From: an uncultured delta proteobacterium
GTDB lineage: Bacteria > Myxococcota_A > Polyangia > Polyangiales > Polyangiaceae
Assembly: GCA_963782055.1 (NCBI GenBank)
Contig: CAWAIF010000003.1
Location: forward strand, 3,488,001 to 3,552,000
Length of the DNA stretch: 64,000 bases
Reading direction: 5' to 3'
Part shown: positions 37,352 through 47,290 of the stretch, in pieces
Position numbering within the stretch: position 1 is the first letter of the stretch
How the letters are laid out: each line of letters starts with the position of its first letter
The notes under the pieces: model-generated
What the model was told of the DNA's origin: nothing
Databases searched by the model: none
What the model saw: only the letters and a program-made list of their open reading frames with translations
Made by a program: the position numbers and the translations under genes

Positions 37352-40300
37352 ATGCAGGGAAAGCGTCTGGGTATGCCCATCTGGGCGCTGGCAGCCGGCC
37401 TGGCTGTGGGCGGCAGCGTGGGCGGGGCTGTGGGCTGGCGTGCCGGAGCGCCGAGGGTCGCCTTCGCCGGCGCCTGGACGGGGCGTGTGGTGCAGATTGC
37501 GCACTCCGGGGCAGGGGAGGGCGTCGTCCAGATCGGGGGCGCCTCGCTCGCCAGGGGGCAGACCTTCGGGCCGGGCGCGGAGCTCCACACCGACGCGCGC
37601 ACCCGCGCGCGCCTGGAGATGAGCGACGGCTCGGTGCTGATCGTGGACCGGGCCACCCGGCTGCGCTTCGGGCCCAGGGCGGGCGCGCGCGACGCGCAGC
37701 TGGAGGACGGCGTGGTCATGGCGGACGTCGCGCACGTCGACGGGGCCGCCCCGGTCGTCTTCACGACGGCGCAGGGCGCGGTGAGGGTGGTCGGCACGCG
37801 GCTGGCGCTCACCGCGGTGGACGGCCGCACCGATGTGGAGGTGCTCCGAGGCCGCGTGGCGGTCTCGCGCGCCGGCGCCTCGCCCGTCGACGTCTCGGCG
37901 GGGCAGGAGGCCGTGGTGAGCGCGAGCGGCGTCGACATGGCCCCCGCCAACGATCTGGCGCAGCGCGTGGCGTTCGCGCAGGAGCTCGGGTTCGCGCCCG
38001 AGCACAACGACGACGCCGACCAGCCCGCCGGCGCGGTGGGGGAGCTGCTGGCGCGCCGCCCCGGCAAGACCGACGAGAAGGACCGCAAGCTCCGGCTGGA
38101 GAAGCACGCGGTGAAGGTGCGCATCGCCGGCGCGGTGGCGCGCACCGAGATCGACGAGACCTTCGCCAACGACACCGGCGACGTGCTGGAGGGCATCTAT
38201 CGCTTTCCGCTCCCGCCCGGCGCGCAGATCGAGCGCCTCGGCCTGGAGGTGAACGGCAAGCTGGAGGAGGGCGCCTTCGCCGACAAGTCACGCGCGGCCG
38301 CCATCTTCCGCGGCGCCGTCTTCCACGCCACGCCGCACGCGCCGAGGCCGCGCGAGGACATCGTGTGGGTGCCCGGGCCGTGGCGCGATCCCGCGCTGCT
38401 CGAGTGGAAGCGCGCCGGGCGCTTCGAGCTGAAGATCTTCCCCATCCCGAAGCACGGCACGCGCCGCGTGGTGATCGCCTACACCGAGACGGTGCCGCTC
38501 GCCGCGGGCCGGCGGCGCTTCGTGCTGCCGCTGCCCAGCGGGGGCGACGCCATCGGCACCTTCTCCGTCGACGCGCAGGTGGTCGGCCACGACGCCGACG
38601 CCGGCGTCAAGGTGCGCGGCTACGAGATGACGCAGGAGCACGCCGCCGGCGCGGAGAAGCTCCGGATGACGGCGAGCGCCTTCGTGCCCTCCGGCGATAT
38701 GACGATCGACTACGCGCTCCCCAACGCCCGCAGTGAGCTCACTGCCTGGGCGTACGAGCTCGCGCCGCCGCCGGCGGCCCCGAAGAAGGCCGCGCCGGCG
38801 AAGGCGACGCCCGCCAGGGCCGACGCCGACGCCGCCCCGGCGCTGGGCCCCGACCGCTTCCTGGCCCTGGCGCTGCGCCCGCAGCTCCCGGGCTGGATGG
38901 AGTCGCGCCCGCGCGACTATGTGCTGGTGGTCGACTCCGGACGCGCCATGTTCGGCGAGCGGGAGAAGCGCGCGTCGCGGCTCGCGGTGCAGGTCGCGCA
39001 GGAGATGGACCGCCGCGATCGCGTCACGGTCCTCGCGTGCGACACCACCTGCCGGCAGAACGCCGGCGGGTTCCTCGCCGCGGGCTCTCCCGCCGCCCAC
39101 GACATCGACGCCTTCCTCGCGAGCGTCACGCCGGACGGCGCGAGCGACCTGGTCGGCGCGGTCACGCAGGCCGCGCGCCTCGCCACCCGTCCGGACCGCG
39201 ACGTGCGCGTCGTCCTGCTCAGCGCCGGCGACGCCTCCGCAGGCTACAAGCGCGCCTCGCGCATCGCCGCGGAGGTCGCCGACGGCCTGGACGCGCGCGC
39301 GCAGGTCGTCGCGGTGCCGGTCGGGTCGGACGCCGACACCGTCACTCTCGGCGAGATCGCGCGGGGCGGCGGCGGCGTGGTGGTGCCCTACGCCCCCGGC
39401 GAGACGCTGGAGACCGCCGCGCTGGACGTGCTCTCCGCCACCTTCGGGCGGGCGCTGCGCGACGTGTCCATCACGCTGCCCTCCGGCCTCGCCGACGTCG
39501 CGCCGGCGCAGCCCCCCGCCATCCGCCCGGGCTCGGAGACCTTCGTCGTGGCGCGCATGCTCGAGCCGCAGGTGCGTGGCGACGTGGTCGTACGCGGCAC
39601 GCTGGGCGGCGAGCCCTTCGAGAAGCGCTACCCCGTCGACGTCACCGCGAGCCACGACGCGGGCAACGCCTTCGTCCCGCGGCTCTTCGCCGCCGCGCGC
39701 ATCGCCGACCTGACGCGCACCGCGGGGGACGACGCGAAGAAGGAGGCCACGACCCTCTCCACGCGCTTGGGCGTGCCCTCGCCGTACACCTCCCTCCTCG
39801 TGCTCGAGAGCGACGCGATGTACCACGCCTTCGGGATCACCCGCGGGGGCGTGGCGTCGGAGTGGACCGGCGAGCAAGCCGCGACCGCGTCGCTGGAGCT
39901 CACCGCCGCGGTGGACGAGACCACCTCCGACGCCGAGGAGGGCAAGGACGCCGACGACGACCTGAGCACCGGGCTCCTCGCCCGCGCGGAGGGCGCGGCG
40001 ACCGGGGCCGGTGGTGGGGGCGCGAGCATGGGCGACGCGATGCGCGGCTTCGACCGGGAGGAGCCGAGGAGCACCCAGGCCCACGCGCGTCCGATGTCCA
40101 AGGTCTCGAGCACCCCGCCGCCGGCGGCCGCCCCGACGGCGACGACCTCGGGCGCGCTCGCGCTGGAGGCGCCGCCCAGGGATCGGTGGCGGCGACCGCC
40201 CTTCGGCGGCGGGCGGTTGATGAAGCGCGTGTGGCACCGGGAGGGCAGCATCGCCGCGCCGGCCACGCCGGACGTCGCCCAGAAGATCGTCGCCGCGCGC

Positions 40301-41401
40301 GCGGCGGTCACCGCCAGCCCCGACGACCGCGCAAAATACCGCGAGCTCGCCCGGCTCCTGGCCACCACCGGCCAGCTCGACGAGCTCGGCGACGTCCTCA
40401 CGCAGTGGACGAAGCGCGACCCGCTCGACCCCGAGGCGACCGCCGCGAGGGCCGACCTGCTCGCCATGCGCGGCGATCGCGAAGCGGCGCTGCGCGTCGT
40501 GGGAGGCGCCGCCATCGCCGGCGACCCCGCGACGCTGGACCGCCTCGCCGAGGTCGCCGAGCGCGACGCCGTGCCGGACGTCGCCTGCGCCTTCCGCGTG
40601 GCGGCCGCCGAGAGCCGACCGGCCGACGTCACGCGCGTGGCGCGGGCGGTGCGGTGCGAGCGCGCGCGTGGACGCACGGGTGCAGCCCACCGCTGGCTGG
40701 ACGAGGCGGGCGCGCGCCGCGCCGCCATCGAGAAGGCGGTGGACCGGCAGGACGCCGCCCCCGCCCCGCGCGCGGCGTTCGGCGACCTGGTGGTGGACGC
40801 GACCTGGCGCGAGCCGGGCATCGACCTGGACCTGGCGGTGTTCGACCCGGCCGGCAAGCGTCTGGGCTGGCTCGGACTGGACAGGACGCGCGTCACCGAC
40901 CCCACCGCCATCGGTCACGAGCGCTTTGCGCTCTCCACCGGCAAGGCCGGCTCCTTCTTCGTGGAGGTCGCTCGCGCCAATGGCGGCACGGCGCCGGTGT
41001 CCGGCACGCTGACGATCTCCGCCTTCGGGACCCGGCGCGCGATCCCCTTCACCCTCACCGGCTCCTCGGCGACGGTGGCGCGCGTGGACGGCCGGTGGCG
41101 CTCCGAGCTGGTACCGCTCGACACCGAGCAGCTCCAGCCCTTCGACGGTCCGGGGGTCGGTGTCCGGCTGCGCGCGCTGCCCTTCGCCCGGTGCACGCGG
41201 CAGGAGGGACCGTTCGGCAGCGGTCGGCTCGCCGTGCGCTACGACCCGAGCGGCCGCGTCACCGCCGTGAGCCTCACCCAGGGGCTCTTCGCCGGGACGG
41301 CGGAGGGCCGATGCATCACGGGCCTCGCCCGCGGCGTGACGGTGGCGCCCTTCCGCGGGAGCTCCGCCTCCATCTCGGTGCCCTTCGTCATCGCTCCGTG
41401 A
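37352..41401 (+). CDS. Large exported multidomain protein: FecR-like, VIT, VWA, TPR-like, YfaP/DUF2135-like, C-terminal AgmX/TonB_C-like
   Basis: FecR (SDGS...VRVVGT...VEVLRGRV), VIT (TEIDETFAN...LEGIYRFPLP), VWA (VLVVDSGRAM), WREPGIDLDL, C-terminus AGTAEGRCI...APFRG...VPF. Confidence 0.75.
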   Translation: MQGKRLGMPIWALAAGLAVGGSVGGAVGWRAGAPRVAFAGAWTGRVVQIAHSGAGEGVVQIGGASLARGQTFGPGAELHTDARTRARLEMSDGSVLIVDRATRLRFGPRAGARDAQLEDGVVMADVAHVDGAAPVVFTTAQGAVRVVGTRLALTAVDGRTDVEVLRGRVAVSRAGASPVDVSAGQEAVVSASGVDMAPANDLAQRVAFAQELGFAPEHNDDADQPAGAVGELLARRPGKTDEKDRKLRLEKHAVKVRIAGAVARTEIDETFANDTGDVLEGIYRFPLPPGAQIERLGLEVNGKLEEGAFADKSRAAAIFRGAVFHATPHAPRPREDIVWVPGPWRDPALLEWKRAGRFELKIFPIPKHGTRRVVIAYTETVPLAAGRRRFVLPLPSGGDAIGTFSVDAQVVGHDADAGVKVRGYEMTQEHAAGAEKLRMTASAFVPSGDMTIDYALPNARSELTAWAYELAPPPAAPKKAAPAKATPARADADAAPALGPDRFLALALRPQLPGWMESRPRDYVLVVDSGRAMFGEREKRASRLAVQVAQEMDRRDRVTVLACDTTCRQNAGGFLAAGSPAAHDIDAFLASVTPDGASDLVGAVTQAARLATRPDRDVRVVLLSAGDASAGYKRASRIAAEVADGLDARAQVVAVPVGSDADTVTLGEIARGGGGVVVPYAPGETLETAALDVLSATFGRALRDVSITLPSGLADVAPAQPPAIRPGSETFVVARMLEPQVRGDVVVRGTLGGEPFEKRYPVDVTASHDAGNAFVPRLFAAARIADLTRTAGDDAKKEATTLSTRLGVPSPYTSLLVLESDAMYHAFGITRGGVASEWTGEQAATASLELTAAVDETTSDAEEGKDADDDLSTGLLARAEGAATGAGGGGASMGDAMRGFDREEPRSTQAHARPMSKVSSTPPPAAAPTATTSGALALEAPPRDRWRRPPFGGGRLMKRVWHREGSIAAPATPDVAQKIVAARAAVTASPDDRAKYRELARLLATTGQLDELGDVLTQWTKRDPLDPEATAARADLLAMRGDREAALRVVGGAAIAGDPATLDRLAEVAERDAVPDVACAFRVAAAESRPADVTRVARAVRCERARGRTGAAHRWLDEAGARRAAIEKAVDRQDAAPAPRAAFGDLVVDATWREPGIDLDLAVFDPAGKRLGWLGLDRTRVTDPTAIGHERFALSTGKAGSFFVEVARANGGTAPVSGTLTISAFGTRRAIPFTLTGSSATVARVDGRWRSELVPLDTEQLQPFDGPGVGVRLRALPFARCTRQEGPFGSGRLAVRYDPSGRVTAVSLTQGLFAGTAEGRCITGLARGVTVAPFRGSSASISVPFVIAP

Positions 41402-41422
41402 CGGAGCGCGCGTGGCGCCTGG

Positions 41423-41845
41423 TCAGCCCTCGAGCGCCTTGGCGAGGGTCTCCATCGCGTCGATGACCTTCTGACGCTCGCTGCGGTTCACCCGGTCGAG
41501 CAGCGCGCCCAGCGACTGCCCGGTGCCGCCGGCGACGGCGTCCGCCGCGCGCTTGCCGCGAGGGGTGAGGCGCACGTCGGTCTGGCGGCCATCGTCGCTC
41601 GCCTTCTTGCGCGTGACGAGGCCCGCGTCCTCGAGGCCGGCCAGGTTGCGGCTGGCCGTCGAAGGATCGATGCCGAGGAGCTGCGCCAGCGAGGAGGTCG
41701 ACACCGCGCCTCGCTCGGCGATGAGCTGGAGCGTCTCGGCTTGCTGCGGCGTCACGTCGCCCGCACGGGCACGCTCGCGGCTGATGCGGCCAAGCCCTCG
41801 AGCGACGGTCTGAACAGCGCGAGCGAACCTTTCGTGGTCGGCCAT
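41423..41845 (-). CDS. MarR-family transcriptional regulator
   Basis: VTPQQ...LAQLLGIDPSTASRNLAGLEDAGLV...DGRQ...LTPRG. Confidence 0.92.
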   Translation of the reverse strand: MADHERFARAVQTVARGLGRISRERARAGDVTPQQAETLQLIAERGAVSTSSLAQLLGIDPSTASRNLAGLEDAGLVTRKKASDDGRQTDVRLTPRGKRAADAVAGGTGQSLGALLDRVNRSERQKVIDAMETLAKALEG

Positions 41846-41857
41846 GGGGGGTCATGC

Positions 41858-41884
41858 ATTCTACAAAGAACGGGTCGGCGTCAA
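41858..41884 (-). promoter_or_regulatory. Putative sigma70 promoter of marR
   Basis: TTGACG-N15-TAGAAT on the minus strand. The spacer is short. Confidence 0.35.
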
Positions 41885-42073
41885 GAGGGCGATGCAAGTG
41901 GGCGCCAACTTCGGGGAAACGGGAGGGCTCTCCGAGCACGTGCGGCGCGCGCGGGATCGCTCCCGGGCGTCGGGTCGACGAGTGACGTCGTGGCGCGCGA
42001 CCGGCTTGCCTTCGAGGCGATTCTCGTGCAAGGAGAGGTCGCCCGGCATGCGCCAGGGTCGGGAGGACGCTGC

Positions 42074-42748
42074 TTGAACGCATCGATCGAAGAGAAGATT
42101 CGTCAGGGTGAGACCTGCCGGATGTTCAAGAGCGACTTCATCGAGTGGTTCTCTCGCATCCACCCGGCGACGCCCTTCGTCACCTACGTCCCGGTCATCC
42201 TCTTCTTCTGGTATCGCACCTGGGCGCGCGGCGACCTCGGCTTCGTCTCCGCGTTCGCGATGGTGGTGACGGGCGTGCTCGCGTGGTCGCTGACGGAGTA
42301 CGTGCTCCACCGCTACGTGTTCCACTTCATCCGCGAGGCGGCGTGGACGAAGCGCATGCACTTCCTCCTGCACGGCGTCCACCACGACTTCCCGAGCGAC
42401 AAGGACCGCCTGGTGATGCCGCTCGGCGCGAGCCTGCCGCTGGCCGTCCTCTTCTACACGGTGTTCTACTTCCTGCTCGGCGGCGTGCGCCTCGCCGAGC
42501 CGCTCTACACCGGCTTCGCCATCGGCTACCTCTGCTACGACGGCCTGCACTACGCGGTGCACCACTTCCGGCAGACGACGAAGGTCGGCAAGTTCCTGAA
42601 GAAGCATCACATGATGCACCACCACGCCGATCACTCCGGCGGCTTCGGCGTCTCCTCGCCGCTGTGGGACCTCGTCTTCCGCACCATGCCCAAGGTGGTG
42701 AAGAAGTCGGAGCTCGCCGCCCGCGCCCGCCAGGCCGCGCAGGGCTGA
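42074..42748 (+). CDS. Fatty acid hydroxylase (FA2H/Scs7-like)
   Basis: EYVLHRYVFH, HFLLHGVHHDFPSDKDRLVMP, YDGLHYAVHH, KKHHMMHH, FGVSSPLWD. TTG start behind GGAGG. Confidence 0.9.
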   Translation: MNASIEEKIRQGETCRMFKSDFIEWFSRIHPATPFVTYVPVILFFWYRTWARGDLGFVSAFAMVVTGVLAWSLTEYVLHRYVFHFIREAAWTKRMHFLLHGVHHDFPSDKDRLVMPLGASLPLAVLFYTVFYFLLGGVRLAEPLYTGFAIGYLCYDGLHYAVHHFRQTTKVGKFLKKHHMMHHHADHSGGFGVSSPLWDLVFRTMPKVVKKSELAARARQAAQG

Positions 42749-42791
42749 GCCAGCGCGCGTCGCCCCAAAGATGAGCCGCCCGCTCGCGGGG

Positions 42792-42974
42792 CTACTTCAC
42801 CGCGACGGCGGGGGCCTGCTCGGTCGGGGCCGGCACGACAGCCACCGAGCGCCCGCTCCGGTCGATCGCCCCGCCGACGCGGGCGCCGAGCGCGAAGGCC
42901 AGGGAAGCGCCGAGCACCACGAAGGCACCGACGTACATCGAACGCAGCCATATCGCTTTGGTCGCCTTGGCCAT
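42792..42974 (-). CDS. Small single-TM protein (60 aa)
   Basis: GAGGAGG RBS, MAKATKAIWLRSMYVGAFVVLGASLAFALG..., terminates at 42792. Confidence 0.55.
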   Translation of the reverse strand: MAKATKAIWLRSMYVGAFVVLGASLAFALGARVGGAIDRSGRSVAVVPAPTEQAPAVAVK

Positions 42975-43108
42975 GTCGTTCCTCCTCGCGAGCACACCCA
43001 TCATACGCAAGCCCTCCCACGATGGGACCCCCACCCCCCAAAATAGGTAGGGGTCGCACGCACATTTCTTCCGTGCGGCGCCAAGGCTGGGGCGTATATG
43101 CTTGCGCC

Positions 43109-43582
43109 ATGGCGGAGCTGGGCAAGCTGAACCGGGACATCTTTCTGGCGCTGGCGGCCATCGCGTGGGCGGATGGCAAGCTGGATCCGGACGAGGCGGA
43201 CGCGATCGTCCGGGCGGCCGTGGACGCGGGCCTCGAGCTCGAGGAGATCGAGTCGATCGAGGCGGCCACCAAGGAGCGCATCGATCTCGGCGCGGTCGAT
43301 CGGTCGTCCCTCTCCAAGGAGGACCGTCTCTTCGTCTACGCCGTCGCGTGCTGGATCGCGCGCATGGACGGCAAGGTGACGGACGAGGAGGCGCAGGCGC
43401 TGTCGGCGCTCGGGGAGCGGCTCGGCGTGCCGGAGCGCCCGCGCGCCCACGCCGAGTCCATCGCTCAGGAGATCGCCGACCTTCCGGAGGGGGATCGCCC
43501 CGCGCGCTACGATCTACTCCGCCTGCGGACGACCATCGGCGAGCGCCTGCGGGCCGCCCAGGCCGCGCGCGGCGCCCCCTAG
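43109..43582 (+). CDS. TerB-like protein
   Basis: Duplicated motif AIAWADGKLDPDE / WIARMDGKVTDEE. Confidence 0.78.
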   Translation: MAELGKLNRDIFLALAAIAWADGKLDPDEADAIVRAAVDAGLELEEIESIEAATKERIDLGAVDRSSLSKEDRLFVYAVACWIARMDGKVTDEEAQALSALGERLGVPERPRAHAESIAQEIADLPEGDRPARYDLLRLRTTIGERLRAAQAARGAP

Positions 43583-43648
43583 CCCTTTCACGGTCGAGGT
43601 CGCGCACGGCTGCAACCCCGCGCGCGACGATGCTAAGCTCCGCCGACC

Positions 43649-46600
43649 ATGTCGCAGGACAAGCGGCGTCCGGTGGCGGACCCCAAGGCGCAGGACCAGG
43701 CGGCAAGCCCGAAGGCGCCCTCGACGGACGTCGCGGGCCCGCCGGCCGGTGCCTCGGCGAAGGCGGAGCTCAAGAGCGAAGTCGGCTCGGTGCTCGCGCA
43801 GCGCTACGAGGTGGTGCGCGAGCTCGGACGCGGCGGCATGGGCGTCGTCTATCTTTGCCGCGACATCGCGAGCAGCGAGCGCGTGGCGCTCAAGCGCCTG
43901 AAGCTCCCCGACGACAAGGCGGGCAACCGCACCGAGGAGACCTTCTGGTTCCACCAGGAGGCGCGCGCCGTCGCCGCGCTCGACCACCCGGCGATCGTCC
44001 GCGCGCGCGACTTCGGACAGCTCGCCGACGGCTCGCCTTACCTGGCGATGGACGTGCTGCCCGGCCGCAGCGTGCACGAGTGGATGCACACCACCAAGAT
44101 GCCCTTCCCGGTGGTGTGGGCGCTCGTCGATCAGGTCCTCGCCGGCCTCGCCCACGCGCACGCGCGCGGCGTCATCCACGGCGATCTCAAGCCGTCCAAC
44201 GTCATGCTGGACATGGCGAGCAGCAAGGGGCCGCGCGCCTACATCCTCGACCTGGGCCTCGCGTGGCTCCGCGAGCCGCGCCACGACCCGCGCCTGGACG
44301 GCGGGCCGGCGCCGGAGGCCTCGGTGCACTCCGGCGCGGGCACGGTCGGGTGGGTCGCCCCGGAGCAAATCCGTCGCGCCGCGACGCTCGTCGGTCCGCC
44401 CACCGACCTCTACGCGCTCGGCTGCATCATCTACCGCGTGCTGCTCGGGCACGAGGTGTTCGAGGGCAGCGCGCAGGACGTGCTGCGCGCGCACAAGCGC
44501 ACGCCGGTCCCCGCGCTGGAGCTGCCGGAGGGCATCCCCGCCGGCGTGGGGCCGTTCGTGCAGCGGCTGCTCGCCAAGCGGCCGTGGCGTCGCTACGAGT
44601 ACGCCGCGGACGCTCGCCGCGCGTGGGCGGCCTTCCGCCCGGCACAGACGGCGACGCTGGAGGAGGTGATGGCCGCGACCCCGCCGGTGCGCGTGCCGCC
44701 AGCCTCCTCGCGCCCCGCGCTCGGCCGGGCCATGGCCGCCGGGCAGTCGCTGGCGCCCGGGCTGCTGAGCCTGCGCTTCTCGCCCCTCGTCGCGCGCGAG
44801 GAAGAGCGCGGCGAGCTGTGGCAGACGGTGCTGGAGGTGTGCAAGGCGCCCCCGCGCGGGGAGGACTCGCGCAAGATGGTGGCGCTCATCGGGGAGGCCG
44901 GCGTCGGCAAGAGCCGCCTCGCGGAGTGGCTCTGCGAGGAGGTGCACGAGCAGGGCATGATGGTGCCGCTGCGCGCACGCTACGGGCGCATCGCGACCGC
45001 CGTCGACGGCCTGACGGGCGCCATCAACGCGCACCTCGGGCTGGAGGGCGCCGACCGCGCGCTGGTGGAGCAGACGCTCATGCAGCGCTGGGAGGTGGAC
45101 CCCAAGGACGACGCCGCGCTCTCCTGGGTGGCCGCCACCGCGGAGTGGCTGCGGCCGACGCCGCCCGGCGCCGCCGTCCCGCTCGGGCCTTCGGGCAAGC
45201 GCTTCGTGCTGGACACGCCGGAGCTGCGCGCGGTCGTCGTGCAGAAGGTGCTCGAGCGCGTCGGTCACGACAGGCCGGTGCTCATCTGGTTCGACGACCT
45301 GCACCTCTCGTCGCCCAACACCTTCGAGACCCTGGCGCGCGTGCGCACCACCGCGAGCAACCTGCGCATCCTCACCATCGCCACCGCCCGCAGCGAGACG
45401 CTCGCCACCGACCTGGACGCCGCCCTGCGCCTGGAGGCCGCCCGCGCCGACTGGAGCGGCAAGGTGATGGACCTACAGCCGCTCGCTCCGGAGGAGACGC
45501 AGGCGCTGCTCAAGGCCACCCTCCCGCTCACCGAGCAGGCCGTGCACAAGGCCGTCGCGCAGAGCCGCGGCAACCCGCTCTTCGCGCTGCAGCTCCTCCA
45601 CGCCTGGGCCGGCGGTGGCTACCTGAAGCTCGTCGGCAACAAGTACCAGGTGCCGGAGACAGCCCTCGAGGGCAAGGCCATCACCACCTCCGAGCTGTGG
45701 GACGAGCGCCTGCGCGCGGTGCCCACCTCGCTGCGGCTCGCCGCGTACGCCGCCGCCGCGCTGGGGGAGGACATCCGCGGCACCGTGCTCAAGACCCTGG
45801 TGGCGTCGCTCGGCATGGACGCGCGGGAGGCGCTGGTCGCCCTCCGGCGCGCCCAGATCCTGCTCGCCTCCGGCAACGATCAGTACCGCTGGCCGCACGC
45901 GCTGTTGCTGGAGCACCTGCTGGTGCGCCTCTCCGAGCGCCACGATGCCCCCGCCATCTTCCGCCTCGCCGCCAACGCGCTCGCCAAGCACCCGGCGGCG
46001 GGCTCGCGGCGCATCATGAAGCACCGCGTGACCAACCTGCTGCGCGCGGGCGACGACGAGCCGGCGGCGCGGCTGATGTTCCGCTTCATCGAGGGCTCGT
46101 GGCAGCGCGGGCGCGACACCGCCGCGACGCTCCGCGATCTGGAGCTGCTCGGTGGCCACGTCACCGGCGCGACGGAGGCGGAGTACCGGTACTGGCGCGC
46201 CGAGGCGCTGCGGCACGCGGGCCGCTTCGAAGAGGCGCAGGAGAACGCCCGCCACGCGCGTGCGGCGTTCGCCACCGCGGGGGACCGCGCGCACGAGGCC
46301 CAGAGCCTGCGGCTGCTCGGGCACATCGCCAGCGACCGCGGACAGCCCGCGGCGGGTCTCAAGCTCGCCGAGCAGGCGCTCACCATCTTCGAGCAGATCG
46401 GCGAGGAGGCTGGGCAGGCCACGACGATGGTCGTCGTCGGGGAGATCCAGTACCTGCTCGGCAGCCACGGGCAGGCGCGCGCCATCCTGAAGGAGGCGAG
46501 CGCGCGGTGCAGCGCCCTGGGCGATCCGCTCGGCCGCGCGCAGTGCCTCATCCTGCTGGCGATGATCAACACCGCGGGCGGCGCCTACCGCCGCTCGCGC

Positions 46601-47266
46601 GAGCTCCTGCTCGAGGCGCGCGCGGAGTTCGACGGCATCGGCTACCGCCTGGGCATGGCCCAGTGCGACGTCGTCCTCGGCCACGCCGACCACCGCGCCT
46701 TCGACATGGAGCGGGCCCGCTCGGCCGCGCTGGCGGCGCGCGCGTCCTTCCGCGATCTGCAGAACCCGCGCGGCGAGGCGGCGTGCGAGCGCCTGCTCGC
46801 CATGATCGCCATCGACACCGACGACCTCACCGCCGCCCGCGGCCACGCGGGCGCCGCGCTCGCGCTGATGGACCGTCTGCAGGACCCGTGGGGCATCCTG
46901 GAGGCGAAGCTGCTGCAGGCGCAGATCGCCCTCGCGCTGGAGGAGCCGCGCGCACGCGAGCTGGTGGAGGACGCGCAGACCTACGTGCTGGACGAGGCGG
47001 AGCCGCGGCAGCACCGGCACCTGGTCAACGCCTGGCTCGCCAACCTGGAGGAGCGCTGGGACGACGCGGTGGCGGAGCTGGACCTGGCTCGCGCCGCCTT
47101 CGGCGACAGCCACCGCACGGGCGACCACACCCCGCAGCTCCTCGCCCGCTTCGGACGGATGGCCTGGCTGGCGCCCGCCGCCGCGCGTGTGGACTCGTGG
47201 CTGAGCGCCCTCGAGAAGATCAACGCCGACGTCACCGCGCAGGTCCCGGTCCCCTCGTCGCGCTGA
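43649..47266 (+). CDS. Ser/Thr protein kinase with P-loop (STAND/AAA_16-like) ATPase and TPR repeats
   Basis: GRGGMG, VALK, IHGDLKPSN, DLG, APE. Walker A GEAGVGKS, Walker B-like WFDDLH, RGNPLF, then TPR helices. Confidence 0.92.
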   Translation: MSQDKRRPVADPKAQDQAASPKAPSTDVAGPPAGASAKAELKSEVGSVLAQRYEVVRELGRGGMGVVYLCRDIASSERVALKRLKLPDDKAGNRTEETFWFHQEARAVAALDHPAIVRARDFGQLADGSPYLAMDVLPGRSVHEWMHTTKMPFPVVWALVDQVLAGLAHAHARGVIHGDLKPSNVMLDMASSKGPRAYILDLGLAWLREPRHDPRLDGGPAPEASVHSGAGTVGWVAPEQIRRAATLVGPPTDLYALGCIIYRVLLGHEVFEGSAQDVLRAHKRTPVPALELPEGIPAGVGPFVQRLLAKRPWRRYEYAADARRAWAAFRPAQTATLEEVMAATPPVRVPPASSRPALGRAMAAGQSLAPGLLSLRFSPLVAREEERGELWQTVLEVCKAPPRGEDSRKMVALIGEAGVGKSRLAEWLCEEVHEQGMMVPLRARYGRIATAVDGLTGAINAHLGLEGADRALVEQTLMQRWEVDPKDDAALSWVAATAEWLRPTPPGAAVPLGPSGKRFVLDTPELRAVVVQKVLERVGHDRPVLIWFDDLHLSSPNTFETLARVRTTASNLRILTIATARSETLATDLDAALRLEAARADWSGKVMDLQPLAPEETQALLKATLPLTEQAVHKAVAQSRGNPLFALQLLHAWAGGGYLKLVGNKYQVPETALEGKAITTSELWDERLRAVPTSLRLAAYAAAALGEDIRGTVLKTLVASLGMDAREALVALRRAQILLASGNDQYRWPHALLLEHLLVRLSERHDAPAIFRLAANALAKHPAAGSRRIMKHRVTNLLRAGDDEPAARLMFRFIEGSWQRGRDTAATLRDLELLGGHVTGATEAEYRYWRAEALRHAGRFEEAQENARHARAAFATAGDRAHEAQSLRLLGHIASDRGQPAAGLKLAEQALTIFEQIGEEAGQATTMVVVGEIQYLLGSHGQARAILKEASARCSALGDPLGRAQCLILLAMINTAGGAYRRSRELLLEARAEFDGIGYRLGMAQCDVVLGHADHRAFDMERARSAALAARASFRDLQNPRGEAACERLLAMIAIDTDDLTAARGHAGAALALMDRLQDPWGILEAKLLQAQIALALEEPRARELVEDAQTYVLDEAEPRQHRHLVNAWLANLEERWDDAVAELDLARAAFGDSHRTGDHTPQLLARFGRMAWLAPAAARVDSWLSALEKINADVTAQVPVPSSR

Positions 47267-47290
47267 GACGGGGCCGGGGGGGGTGGGCCT

